A DNA stretch of 64,000 bases from Antechinus flavipes (lineage: Eukaryota). Under the pieces are notes generated by a model. The model was not told the origin of the DNA and made no database searches. It saw nothing but the letters and a program-made list of their open reading frames with translations. This document shows positions 52,654 to 64,000 of this stretch, piece by piece. The translations under genes and the position numbers were made by a program. The stretch lies in the NCBI RefSeq assembly GCF_016432865.1, contig NC_067398.1, positions 373,488,001 to 373,552,000 on the forward strand. Reading direction: 5' to 3'. Each line of letters begins with the position of its first letter. Position 1 is the stretch's first letter.

Positions 52654-53145
52654 AAGAGTTACTCTCTGATCAAAGTTATACTTGCATCAATCTAATAGTG
52701 AGATTTAGAAATATCAGGGTCCTTCTCTAATTTTCAAACAATTCAATCTTGAATCTCCAACAACAAGAATAACAACAAAAAATTAAGGTTTATACTTCAC
52801 ATTGTCTATTAAAGGTAAATATTTTACAATTGAATTGAGAATTTTCATTATCATTCCCCAAAATCTTCTCATTCATCTATTCTAATTCTAATTCTCTGAA
52901 TCTAATCCAGGAGGTTACGATTTCCTTAAAGCCATAATTTCTATTTTTTTTATATATATTTTCCATGGAAACTAGCATAAGATTAGATACATTTTAATTA
53001 ATTAATCAAATAATATTTATTGGTGGGTTAATTTCAGAATCAACAAGAGCATGCCCAGTAATTATATTACCTTCTCCCTTAGTATATTATAAAAAGATAT
53101 CAGTAGTGGATTGATCGATTTGGAAGGAAAGATGATAGAGTAAAG

Positions 53146-53312
53146 ACAGCTAAGTTGTATAGTAGACAGAGACTAGGCCTGAAATCAAAAAGACTCAGAT
53201 ACTTATTAGCTATGTGACCCTGGGTAAGACACTTAACCCTGTTTACCTTGGTTTCCTCATCTCTAAAATGAACTGAAGAAGAAATGGCAAAATATTCTTA
53301 TTGTGTTTGCCA
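53146..53312 (+). mobile_element. MAR1-type SINE (internally deleted)
   Basis: 'tagctatgtgaccctgggtaagacacttaaccc...gaagaaatggcaaa'. Confidence 0.75.
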
Positions 53313-55567
53313 ACATGATTCAGTAGAAAGTATGTTGTATTTAATCAGTTCTGCCTCTGCCACTAACTAATCATGGTTCATTAGACAAGTCACTTTAGCT
53401 CTTGAAGGCTGCAGTGACCTCACTGATATAATTAAAGTTATTGGACTATATATTCTCTAATATCCTTCTAGTTCTTAATCCTATGACCTAATGAACTTTC
53501 CAAAAATATGCAAGTTTTGAAGTAGAACATGAAGAAGTTGTTGACTTGAATTGCTCAGATAATCAATGACATGGAATTCTTTATTTTTTTTTTCTGGACA
53601 GTAATGTTCCAGGCACCATTCTACCTCTATAAGAGACCAATTTATTTCTGACCTTTGGAAACACTCCATAGGATATGGGTCTCTTTACACTCCTCTCTGG
53701 AATCCATGAATTAGAGTGTGCTTGAACATTTGTTGGCAGTGCTCACTCATTAGCTCATTTCCCTCTGTGAAAATAAGATATTTAATGTGCATTAGGGGAG
53801 GACTTTTGTCCCATCTTGATTGATCACTAGTAAGCTACTGGGGACAATTTCCATTGGTGGGTGAGAAACATAAACTCGTTTATCTTTATATCATATCTGT
53901 TGCAAATTGAACTGAAAACATAGAGTTTGCACACTAAAATGGTTCCACTGTGGAGCAATGTGCCCATAAAACAGCATGCTAACAAGCCTGACATGATGAA
54001 TGGAATGCAATAAACTTCCATAATTTCCAGTTCTCCCCCCGGCAGATGCTGGGGCTCTCTCACCTGTTGATTGTGGTGAGGTGACTATAAACAGCATTCC
54101 TGAGAGCATGATAAAAAACCTTGATGTGGTTGCCCATCCACTCACACAGGTTAGCTGTTCCACTGAGTTGAGTGACTCTGGAAATCTCTCATTCCCAAAG
54201 AGATATTTCTCATCACTCTACCTGTATGTGGAAAATTGTGTGGTATCTAAGTCAACTACTAGCATACCATATACAGAATAATGTTTGCAAAAGTGAGTAC
54301 TCATGGGAATGTGACATAGCAGCTAGAAGGAAAGAGGAAGAAAGGCTCTCCATAGTTACAGAAGAGAAAAAGAACCAGCAATACATGAAGAGTTAATACC
54401 AATTTCAGACAAAGGAAGACATTGTTTTATTTAAAAAAAAAAGAGGAGCCCTTATAGGAGGATTGATGACTTTCAGGAGAGAAAACAGTTATAAAAACAA
54501 TATAAGTCCAATTTAAATGACTTCCTTTTCCTAATTCCATTAAAACTGAAAAGGCAAATGTGGACCTGGGAATTTGATAATTGGGGAATTTTCATATGAG
54601 GGAAAAAACCCCAGCACAGCAGATCTCTTTTTAAAGTGGCTTCACTAAAGCATTAATTCAGAGCACAGACATTAGGGCTAAAAGGATGACCTTGGAGGTC
54701 ATCTAATCTAATCCTGCCAGGATTTGAACCCAGGTCTTCACATTCATCATCTCAGTGCACATCCTATAAAGCTACATAGGAACAATGATTCCAGACGCCA
54801 TATACTTAATGATAGAAAGTATAACTGAGAGTGCCTAAAAATACAAGGTGAACTTTGCTCCCAATTCCAACCCCTTTACTATTTGTTTTACCCTAAGGAT
54901 CCATTCTACTGTCTACATCCTCCCCCCCCACCCCCACCCCCAAAAAAATGAATTTAATGTTCCTGCAAGGCTAATCTGCTGATCCTTTAAATAAATGTGT
55001 TATAAACTGGGGCTGATTTTTTGAGTATTCCCAGGTATAACATAATTTCTTTTAAATTTCCCTCTATTTTGAATATCTGATGCTTTAGACTAGACTTCTC
55101 TATCCTAACCTAATCTTTCATTTTACAAAGTTCACCTCAAGTTTTACCTCCTCTGTGATGTCTCACTAAATAATCTCAGTCAACATTTCCTTCCTTCTTT
55201 TTTGCTTTCCAAAGGGAGTGCAATTTAGCCAAACTTTTTGTCCAATCATCTTGTAAAGGGGAAGTAAGTATAATTTTTGTTCAAATAAAAAAGATAAAAT
55301 TTCGGAGTAGAATACCATGATGACTTTCTCCCCTGTTTTGATCATGAAGCAACCCTAAGGTAGTCTTAATAACTTAATAACTTTCAGAGAATATCAATAT
55401 ATTAATGAATCAACTCCAAGGTGGTATGGATAAGCTTTAATCTATACACCCATTATCCCACTAGAACCCTATTAGATCATGATCTTGCTCTAATCATGAG
55501 CTATTTTTTATACATAAAGCAAGTACCACAAACAGATCCCCAAACAAAAGAAATGAATCAATGCGGC

Positions 55568-55569
<2 letters not shown>

Positions 55570-55605
<36 letters not shown>
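55570..55605 (+). repeat. (TG)18 microsatellite
   Basis: Direct reading. Confidence 0.99.
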
Positions 55606-55609
<4 letters not shown>

Positions 55610-55794
55610 GGTAGTGATATTAAGAGTTGATCATGCAATATTTTCTGATTTTAACTGTTTTGCTAATGATGCGCCAGACATTATTGGTTTTATCTTCTCA
55701 ACTCTGTAAAATGTGTCTGTGCACTTTAAAGTTGGCACACTGTTATCAAAAACTAGTCATAATTTTCCACAATATTAAATTGGTCTCTTTTTTT

Positions 55795-55895
55795 CCTCCC
55801 CCCTCCCTCCCTTCTTTCCTTCCTTCTTTCCTTCCTTCCTTCCTTCCTTTTTTTCTTTCCTCCCTTCCTCCCTTCCTCCCTTCCTCCCTTCTTCA
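55795..55895 (+). repeat. (CCTT)n pyrimidine tract
   Basis: Direct reading. Confidence 0.92.
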
Positions 55896-56998
55896 AATAA
55901 AAAAAAAAGCCACATCCAGAGAAGCCAGGTATTTGCCAATAAAAATTGTAGATAAATACTAGACGTGCAGTAAAATCAGAAAAGTATTATATTAATGAAG
56001 CAACCCTAAGGTAGTTTTAATAACTTTCAGAGAATATCAATATATTAATGAATCAACTCCAAGGTGGTATGGATAAGCTTTAGTCTATACCCACATTATC
56101 CCACTAGAACCCTATTAGAATGAAAATCCAAAGCCCTGCCTTTGTAACAGTTCTTCAATTGTCATGCATCCCCAAAGCTTGTGAGTTCCAAACTCCTATA
56201 TTCAATTATATAACTATGTGCCTTTCTCCCTCCCCCAGCTATTTCCTAAGATGCTTGCCTCTATATTTTTTGTGCTTATTAAAATGTGATTAATGAATTA
56301 TTCTCTGCTTGGATGCTATTCTCACTAGGGTAACCTTTTCCAGTGAATATCCAAAGAACTGGTATTGTTCACCTTGATCCAAGTAGTACACTTTTTGTGA
56401 TCTCCCTCTTTAAAGCATAAACCAGAAATGAAGGTTAGGATTTAATTTGTCAGTACCTTTCAGCAGGAACTCACTGGTATAAAGGGAGTTTTTAAGGGAG
56501 TTTTTAAGTTTTAAAGGGGGGACTGATGAATGAAAACTGTGCCCCTCTTAGTACAGACCACCCCTCACGATGGAGCATTCAGTAATAAATGTCAGATTCA
56601 TCCTGAACTTCTTCCTTCTGCTAATTTTGTTGCAAAACATTTTATTTCTCAAGGTTATATCTCCATTTTAGAAAATTCATTAATTTGAAAGAAAAAAAAA
56701 TTCTTTTTTTTTGTATAATTGTATTGAATTTCATTCCTGTGGGAATATGGGAGGGTCAATTGTTTTGTCTTTCAGACTTGAAAGGAGAATTAGGTTCCTT
56801 AAAAATAATAACAATGACAGTGATGATGATAAAGTTAACATTTATATGGAACTTTAATGTTTTCAATTTACTTGACATATATCATTGATCCTCACAACTC
56901 TGTGAAGTAGAAGCAGATATTACCCCCATATTACAGATGAGGAAATTGAAAGGGAAAGAGATTGTTAAATGATTTGGCCAGGGTCATAGAAGTAGTGT

Positions 56999-57237
56999 GG
57001 GCAGTTGGGTAATTCAGTAGCTAAAACATTGGACCTAGAGTAATGAAGATTCCTTTTTCTGAGTTCAAATCTGGACTCAAACACTACCTGTATGATCCTA
57101 GGAAAGTCACTTAGCCCTTTTTGCCTCAGTTTCTTCATTTGTAAAATGAGCTGGAGAAGGACATGATAAACTATTCCAGTCGCTTTGCCGAGAAAACCTC
57201 AAATGAGGTCACAAGTCAGAGGCAACTGAAATGACTT
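56999..57237 (+). mobile_element. MAR1-type SINE nested in an oppositely oriented MIR (about 56840-57300)
   Basis: MIR 'ggccagggtcatagaagtag|...|agtaagtatctgaggctgg' is split by a complete MAR1. Confidence 0.82.
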
Positions 57238-58594
57238 AGTAAGTATCTGAGGCTGGCTTCCAATGCAGGTGTTCCTGACCCCAAGCCAAATGCTTTCTCC
57301 ATCTCTCCACCAAAGTGCTTTAGGTGATGATGCAATGATAATATTAATGATGATGAAGAAGAAGGTAGTAGTAATGATTATGGAAATGGTACTATAATTA
57401 TTGTCGTGGTGCTGTACCAAAAAACAGTTAACATTAGTGAAGAGAAGGAACTCCCCCCCCTCCTTTATATTTTTAGTTGGCAGCTGTGGGGAAGGGGATT
57501 TTGTTAAAAGCAAACTTTGAATGAAAAGTCTCATTGGTCCAAGTGAATGAATAATCAAGAACTCTTTGATCAAATATGCTGTGCCCCCTTTGATCTCTAC
57601 TTTGAATGAAAGGGACCAAAAACCTCTGAAGGATACAGGTTCCTCTTTGGTTTTGAAATCAGAAGAACCTAGGTTTGAGTCTGCACTATATTACTTATAG
57701 TTTTATAAAATAAAATCAATTAAACTCTCCAAGGCTCAATTTTTTTCTTATCTATCAAAAAAAAAGGATAATAATAACATATCTATAAAGCACTTTGAGG
57801 ATCACATATACATACGTATATTATCATACACAAGCTTAAAGCACCCTTCAATATAACATTATAAGGCAAGTAGTTCAAATTAACAGCATTTATCAGCTGA
57901 GGCAACTTAGACTACAGCATTAAGTGTCTTTTCCAAGATCACAACAACCCTAAATGTCAGTGCCTGGTTTCAAATCTACATCTTTTAGGACAAAGACCAG
58001 AATTTGCTTTTACCTACATCACAGAGTTATTCTGAGGAAAGTGTTTTTTTTTTATCTTAACATAAAACATTAAAGTGAAATTTTATGACTTTTATTATTA
58101 TTGCTATTCTTATATAAGGTCATAGTTATTTAATGTCAAGGACAAATCTAGAACCTAGATACCAGTACAGGGATTGCTTTGGTCTTAACTTTAAGTCCAG
58201 AGATCATTACATTTCATATCTATAAGCATATATTTGTAAGTGCATTCAAATGGATAGCCAGAGAAGATATAGAGGTGGAAGGATAGAGGTCTGGGCTCAA
58301 AGTGAGAAAGGTTTAAATTCAGCTCTTCTCTCTGATGCTTCAATGTAACTATCACTTTGGTTAGTTCACTTAACATTTCAGTACTACAGACAATGCTATA
58401 AGAACTGTTAATATTTAATATATGTGAAGTTGGCACTACATCAAATTTTTGTTTCCTCAGCCAAACCAGAGTTTGGCAAATCAGAGAGGCAAAAGGGAGA
58501 CAGAGAACAAAAGAGAGTCAGAGAGAAAGAGACAGATAAAGAGAGACAGAAAGGGGAAGGATACAGACGTAGACATGCAGAGACAGAGGCAGAC

Positions 58595-58880
58595 NNNNNN
58601 NNNNNNNNNNNNNNNNNNNNNNNNNNNNNNNNNNNNNNNNNNNNNNNNNNNNNNNNNNNNNNNNNNNNNNNNNNNNNNNNNNNNNNNNNNNNNNNNNNNN
58701 NNNNNNNNNNNNNNNNNNNNNNNNNNNNNNNNNNNNNNNNNNNNNNNNNNNNNNNNNNNNNNNNNNNNNNNNNNNNNNNNNNNNNNNNNNNNNNNNNNNN
58801 NNNNNNNNNNNNNNNNNNNNNNNNNNNNNNNNNNNNNNNNNNNNNNNNNNNNNNNNNNNNNNNNNNNNNNNNNNNNNNNN
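58595..58880. other. Assembly gap preceded by a (GA)/(GACA)-rich repeat
   Basis: N run. Confidence 1.
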
Positions 58881-59070
58881 NAAACATAGGTTCAAGCCTT
58901 TCCACTGGTGCATATTGTCTGTGTAAACTTGAGAAAATTGCTCAATATCTAAGTGTTTTAGGCAACTCTATTAAACTATACATTTAAGAAAAAGTGCTGG
59001 CTTGCTTTAGTAGAGGGAGATTTTTCACCCACAAATTTTACATTTCTATGAAATTAAAGAAGCAGTCCCT
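58881..59070 (+). mobile_element. Marsupial CORE-SINE with a Mar3/WALLSI4-like tail (second copy on minus at about 61120-61240)
   Basis: 'gtagagggagattttt...ctatgaaatt...cagtccctatc' tail motif, assigned from recall. Confidence 0.5.
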
Positions 59071-59666
59071 ATCTGTATCACACATACAATCAAGAAACAT
59101 TTATCAAGTACCTATTATATGCCAGGTACTCAGCTAAGTACTGGGGATAAAAAGAAAGTGAAATGGCAAAGGCTTAAATAATAGACATTAAAACATATGT
59201 ATCTCCTGATACTTGTATGCAAATATACATACATATATGTGTGTATGCAAGCATATAAATGTATGCATATATTTTATTGGGACATGTACATGTTTGTATT
59301 CCCCATTTAAATTTAAGATACTTTGGTGAACCATAAGACATTCACATTACTATCAAGACAATAAAATATATAGATATGTTCACACGTGCCTAGACACTCA
59401 CAAAAATAATATCATAGCATCTTAACAATAATCATTGTACCATATATTGATATTATCTTACATTGTAATAAAATTGCTTTGATATTTGTATTATTTACAC
59501 TACAGATCAGTAGTAAGAAAATTGTGGTATATAATCCAAAGTAGTACATCTCAAAAATAACATATCTTATTTTTTCCTCATAATACTTATGTGAAGCTGA
59601 CCTTCTTTGCATTAGTATGCTCATTTTACAGACAAAGAAACAGATCTTGTTGGGGTTGGAATAGAT

Positions 59667-59858
59667 CAAAGCTTCTTAAACTGTGGTCACAACCCAATAT
59701 AAGGTCACATAACTTAATGTGGGGTCACAAAATTATGATTTCTTATCTGTAAATGTTTGATTTGTATACTTATTTAATATACCTATATGCCTGGGGCATC
59801 ATAAAAAATTTCTCAGGAGAACAGGAGTCATGAATAGAAAAAAGTTTAAGAATCCCTG
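59667..59858. mobile_element. hAT-Charlie MITE, 192 bp, inserted in a MIR3 tail
   Basis: TIRs caaagcttcttaaact and agtttaagaatccctg (13/16 complementary). 8-bp TSD gaatagat/gattagat (7/8) fits the Charlie TAGA target preference. Confidence 0.85.
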
Positions 59859-60464
59859 GATTAGATGATGTTACAAGATTAATTCCAGGTCTAGAATTCT
59901 ATCACTTTATGATTGCATATTAAACTATAGTCATAACCATATAAGATAGAGGATAGAGAGGTACAGATAGAAATAGAAATAGAGGAAAAAGAAATTTTCT
60001 TTATCATTCAACTTATATTTTCATCTATCTTTCCATCTCTCCTGGGTGAAAAATGTCTTTTGCAGTCCCACACTGTGCTCAGTTAAGGCCATTTGCAAGA
60101 TTCTGAATCATTATGCTGTCTCACATCTAACACTTACCCTTAAGGACACAAATAGTATTCACACAAACCATGCTTCTACTGAAAGTACTTTAGTTTCTCA
60201 GCCCTTTCTAAAATCTGATTATAGTGGTTAGAATCAGTTTTTCTCTCTACAGGGAGGGCAAACCTCTGGAGTTGAGCATCAAATGCTGTTTGCCCTTACC
60301 TCTGTTCAATCCTCTTCTTCTCTCATTTCCCCTGCAGTCTCCTCCCCTCCTATCCACTCTCCTTTCCTTTGTCCTTGCTGTCTCTTTGTCCATCTTCCTA
60401 TCTGTCTGCTAGTGCCTCTGTCTCTCTATGATTGTTTGTCTTAATTGTGTTGCTACACACATAC

Positions 60465-60700
60465 ACACACACTCATACATACATATATGAAATTAAGATT
60501 AGGATTGATTCTATATGTATGTAAATGTATAAATATATGTATATTGTACTGTCACAGGTGCATGTATGTGTATATGTTATTATGTATATACAGATAAGTA
60601 TATTCATATATATATAAACATGAGTATGTCTGTATATGCAATACACACATACATATATGTATATGTGTTCATTGTGTTTCTGTACACATATACTTTTGTA
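60465..60700. repeat. (TA)/(TG)/(CA) degenerate microsatellite block
   Basis: Direct reading. Explains ORFs 60473-60823 and 60566-60826. Confidence 0.9.
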
Positions 60701-61549
60701 GACATACAAGATCTTATCTTTCTTTCCTTTTCCTCTACAATGCAGGACAAACTGAAAATAGCCAGAACCACAAGGACTTCGGTAGGGTATCACAAAAAAT
60801 TCCTCTACTTTCTGGTCCCTCATTGAATACAGGACTTATTTTGAATTGTGACTTGTGACTTTAAATAGAACCATACTTTCTGGATGTTCCATGGTCTATT
60901 TCATGTGCTTAGAAGTGGCCTTGCATAATTCAAATATAGTTTCTCTATCTTCTGTTACAATATCTGACAAATGAGAATAAAACTTTTCCTCCCTACTTCT
61001 CAAAATTGTCATAAAGATCAACTCAGCTAATAGATCAGAAAAAAGGTTTGAAAAACTTACAGTGACCTGGAATCTGAGGGATTCATTGCTACTAATATAA
61101 CTCTTATTATTAGAGTGAGAGGAGTAGGGACTTGGTATCTTATTGATGTAGGATTTTTATTTTATTGCCAAAATGGAAGCTTCCTCTAAAGGTACATAGA
61201 GATTGTTGATTTTGCTGTATTTGAAAAGGCTTTTTGTTGACAATCATACAGTTAATGTATATTAGAAGCAAGACAAAGAGAGGTCTTCCTGATTCCTTGG
61301 CCAGGACCATTATACCTCACTTTCTCTCTCATTAAAAAGAACAACTTAGATGTAATCATGCATAAACACATGTGACAATATGTGCCAGTGGCAAGGCTTG
61401 ACCCCCAGGCCTTCCTAGCTTCAAGGCTACTTTTCTAGCTAGAGTCATACTTTTTCTCCTCCTTCCCTCCTTCCCTTTCTCCCTCCCTCCCTCCCTGTCT
61501 CCCTGTCTCCCTCTCTTTCCCCCTCCCTTCCTCTCTCTCTTCTTTCAGC

Positions 61550-62330
61550 TCCATTCTCCCATCAATAACCAATTACCTTTTAGATATGGTGACCTGGATG
61601 TCTCATGGTCACCTCAAATTCTCAATATGTGAAAAAAAGATGTCATTATCTTTCCACCTAAACCTTCCCCTCTTCTTAATTGACCTCTTACTGGTACTTC
61701 TTTCCTTCCAGGTACCCTGGATCACAATCTTGCTATAATCCTTGATTCCTTTTATTAACACAATTCACATATCCAAGCAGTTGTTAAGTCTTGTTTTTAT
61801 CTTTAAAAATCTCTTGAAGAAGTCCTCTTCTGTAGATCCCAAAGACATTGTCCTACTCCAGACCTTCATTGAAATCTCAAATGGAAGGAATTAGCAGAGG
61901 TGGTCTTGAAAGACATTTTAAAAAACTGCAAGATTTGAACTGAGAATTAAAGGAAGCCATGGAATTCAGTAGACTCAGATGACCATGGAGCACATTCTAG
62001 GTATGAGAAATAGGCTGTGAAAACAGCCTGTGAAAACAAACAGATTCAGGATATGTATATTATGTGAAAGAAATAACAAAAAAGGTCACTCTAACTAGAT
62101 TGTGGACTGTGTGGAGGTGAATCAAGTATAAAACTAATAAAAATGTTTATTGGAGCTAACTTGTGGATGATGTTATATTTGATCCTGAAAGTAATAGGGA
62201 ACACCTGGAGTTTATTGAGTTTAGGTGAGTGGTAAAATGTTCAGATTTGCACTTTAGGAAGATTTCTTTAGTGACTTAGTGAAAAACATAACGAAGTGGA
62301 GAAACACTTCAGGCAATGCAGCAATTAGAG
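61550..62330. mobile_element. Two LINE-2 fragments in opposite orientation (about 61550-61870 plus, about 61870-62330 minus)
   Basis: 'ctggatgtctcatggtcacctcaaa...taaaccttcccctctt' and 'tatatttgatcctgaaagtaataggga...ggagtttattgag'. Confidence 0.75.
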
Positions 62331-62547
62331 GTTTCAGAGGAAATGAAAAGTAGTAAAAATAGATTGATTTTTATTTAATTTAAAAATTAAAGTGAGAAAT
62401 TTGAATGGGATAATGTAACTGAGAATAAGTCAGGCAAAACTAGATAGCCTGACTTAGATGATTCATGCCATGGACACAAAGGCTTAAACTTTTTGTTAGC
62501 TTTTAGACATGTGTTCCATTTGTAGCACTCCCTTAGTAAAACTTATA

Positions 62548-62915
62548 NNNNNNNNNNNNNNNNNNNNNNNNNNNNNNNNNNNNNNNNNNNNNNNNNNNNN
62601 NNNNNNNNNNNNNNNNNNNNNNNNNNNNNNNNNNNNNNNNNNNNNNNNNNNNNNNNNNNNNNNNNNNNNNNNNNNNNNNNNNNNNNNNNNNNNNNNNNNN
62701 NNNNNNNNNNNNNNNNNNNNNNNNNNNNNNNNNNNNNNNNNNNNNNNNNNNNNNNNNNNNNNNNNNNNNNNNNNNNNNNNNNNNNNNNNNNNNNNNNNNN
62801 NNNNNNNNNNNNNNNNNNNNNNNNNNNNNNNNNNNNNNNNNNNNNNNNNNNNNNNNNNNNNNNNNNNNNNNNNNNNNNNNNNNNNNNNNNNNNNNNNNNN
62901 NNNNNNNNNNNNNNN
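62548..62915. other. Assembly gap
   Basis: N run. Confidence 1.
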
Positions 62916-62999
62916 AATCCCATGGATATTCGGACATTCTATATATTCTGAAGCTCTTTAAGGTCCATTATGTATATATAATAGCACATAAAATTAGTT

Positions 63000-63002
<3 letters not shown>

Positions 63003-63040
<38 letters not shown>

Positions 63041-63266
63041 TGTGTGGGTGATAGTACTGAGGAAGCAGATCTATAGAATACAGTTAATAATAGTAAAATA
63101 GAGATAATGATATCTTTCAGGAGGCTTCTGCCTATGTTTTTCTTATTTTCTCTAGAAAGAGAAAAGAAAGAAAGAAGGAAGGAAGGGTACATCAAACAAA
63201 TTAGATCTAAGAAACTCTCTGGAAAAAAAATAGAACTTTGTATGCAATTTTTTTGTGTGTGACCTG

Positions 63267-63300
<34 letters not shown>
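63003..63300. repeat. (TG)18 at 63003-63038 and (AC)16 at 63269-63300, mutually inverted
   Basis: Direct reading. Confidence 0.97.
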
Positions 63301-63305
<5 letters not shown>

Positions 63306-64000
63306 TATACACACAAACACACACATCATATATCTATATGTGTACACATATAAATACATACACATAAATTTATTTCTTTGTTGCTTTCACCAAATTCATA
63401 GTCCGTTGAAAATGTGTTAAGAACAAGTCAATAATAAAGCTTGCCACTGAAATAGAAAACTCAACAACAAATACTGCCTGACTGTCTCTGTTTAAGCTAC
63501 AATTTACTTATGAGCAATTGAATCTCATTATTTCGGCCAAATTATATTTTACTGCAGTGAGAAAAAAAGAGGGGGAGGTGGAGGAATAAAGCAAAGAAAG
63601 ACAAAAAGTATTTATGGGCTTTTTGGCACCTTACATATTAGTCATTAAAGGTGTTCAGAGCTCACAACTAAATAGAAAAAAATTCCTGGCATCTAGATAG
63701 ACTGTCTTTTGTATGATGACTCTTGTTCCTACTTTGAAACTACAGGATGGATGAGAGTTAAATATTTTCTAGTTCATTGATTTGCCTGGTGACATTTGGG
63801 TAGCTTTATATATTAAGAGCCTTTTTATTTCAACTCAATTCTCTTCTTTCAGACTAGTGATGTTACTCCTTATTGTAGATTCTATTCCTTCCCTTAGTCA
63901 TCTCCTTATCAACCCCAGAGTTCAATACTATGGCTTATGGTCCTCATTTATATAAGGTTGTATTTAAGTCTGATATTCAAAAACTTCACAACATGGTCTT

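Larger units (their letters stand above)
55344..56119 (+). repeat. Pair of about 125-bp direct repeats (55344-55476 and 55995-56119)
   Basis: 4 substitutions plus one 8-bp internal duplication between the copies. Confidence 0.97.

Noticed and set aside
5953-62961. Track ORFs containing X runs (e.g. 5953-6345, 8151-8522, 58424-58987, 62509-62961)
   Set aside because: They are open only because they cross N-gaps.
1-64000. Endogenous non-retroviral viral element, CRISPR array, tRNA/rRNA gene or prokaryotic operon
   Set aside because: No long non-L1 ORF, no repeat-spacer array and no intact RNA gene seen. The tRNA-like heads belong to SINEs. A heavily degraded viral insert cannot be excluded without tBLASTn.

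Overview
An AT-rich, CpG-poor, repeat-dense stretch of marsupial DNA from a draft assembly with four N-gaps. A dasyurid such as the Tasmanian devil is the most likely source, inferred from MAR1-type CORE-SINEs, marsupial L1s and an OC1-like hAT MITE. I cannot identify any host protein-coding gene, RNA gene or CRISPR array. The only ORFs in the track I can support are the two pieces of ORF2 of a young 5'-truncated L1 (3760-5863, minus strand, 16-bp TSD). The rest is old L1, HAL1-like, L2, L3/CR1, MIR/MAR1, hAT MITE and solo-LTR sequence plus microsatellites. The most notable unexplained structure is a set of local copy-and-paste rearrangements: a fold-back inverted duplication at 6609-7126, direct duplications at 21785/22307, 33523/33947 and 55344/55995, and a degenerate repeat at 3074/6347. 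There is also a TE-free CpG-enriched island at about 8030-9120. Repeat family names come from recognition, not a database search. Coordinates of old repeats are approximate (tens of bp). I did not find a convincing novel gene system.
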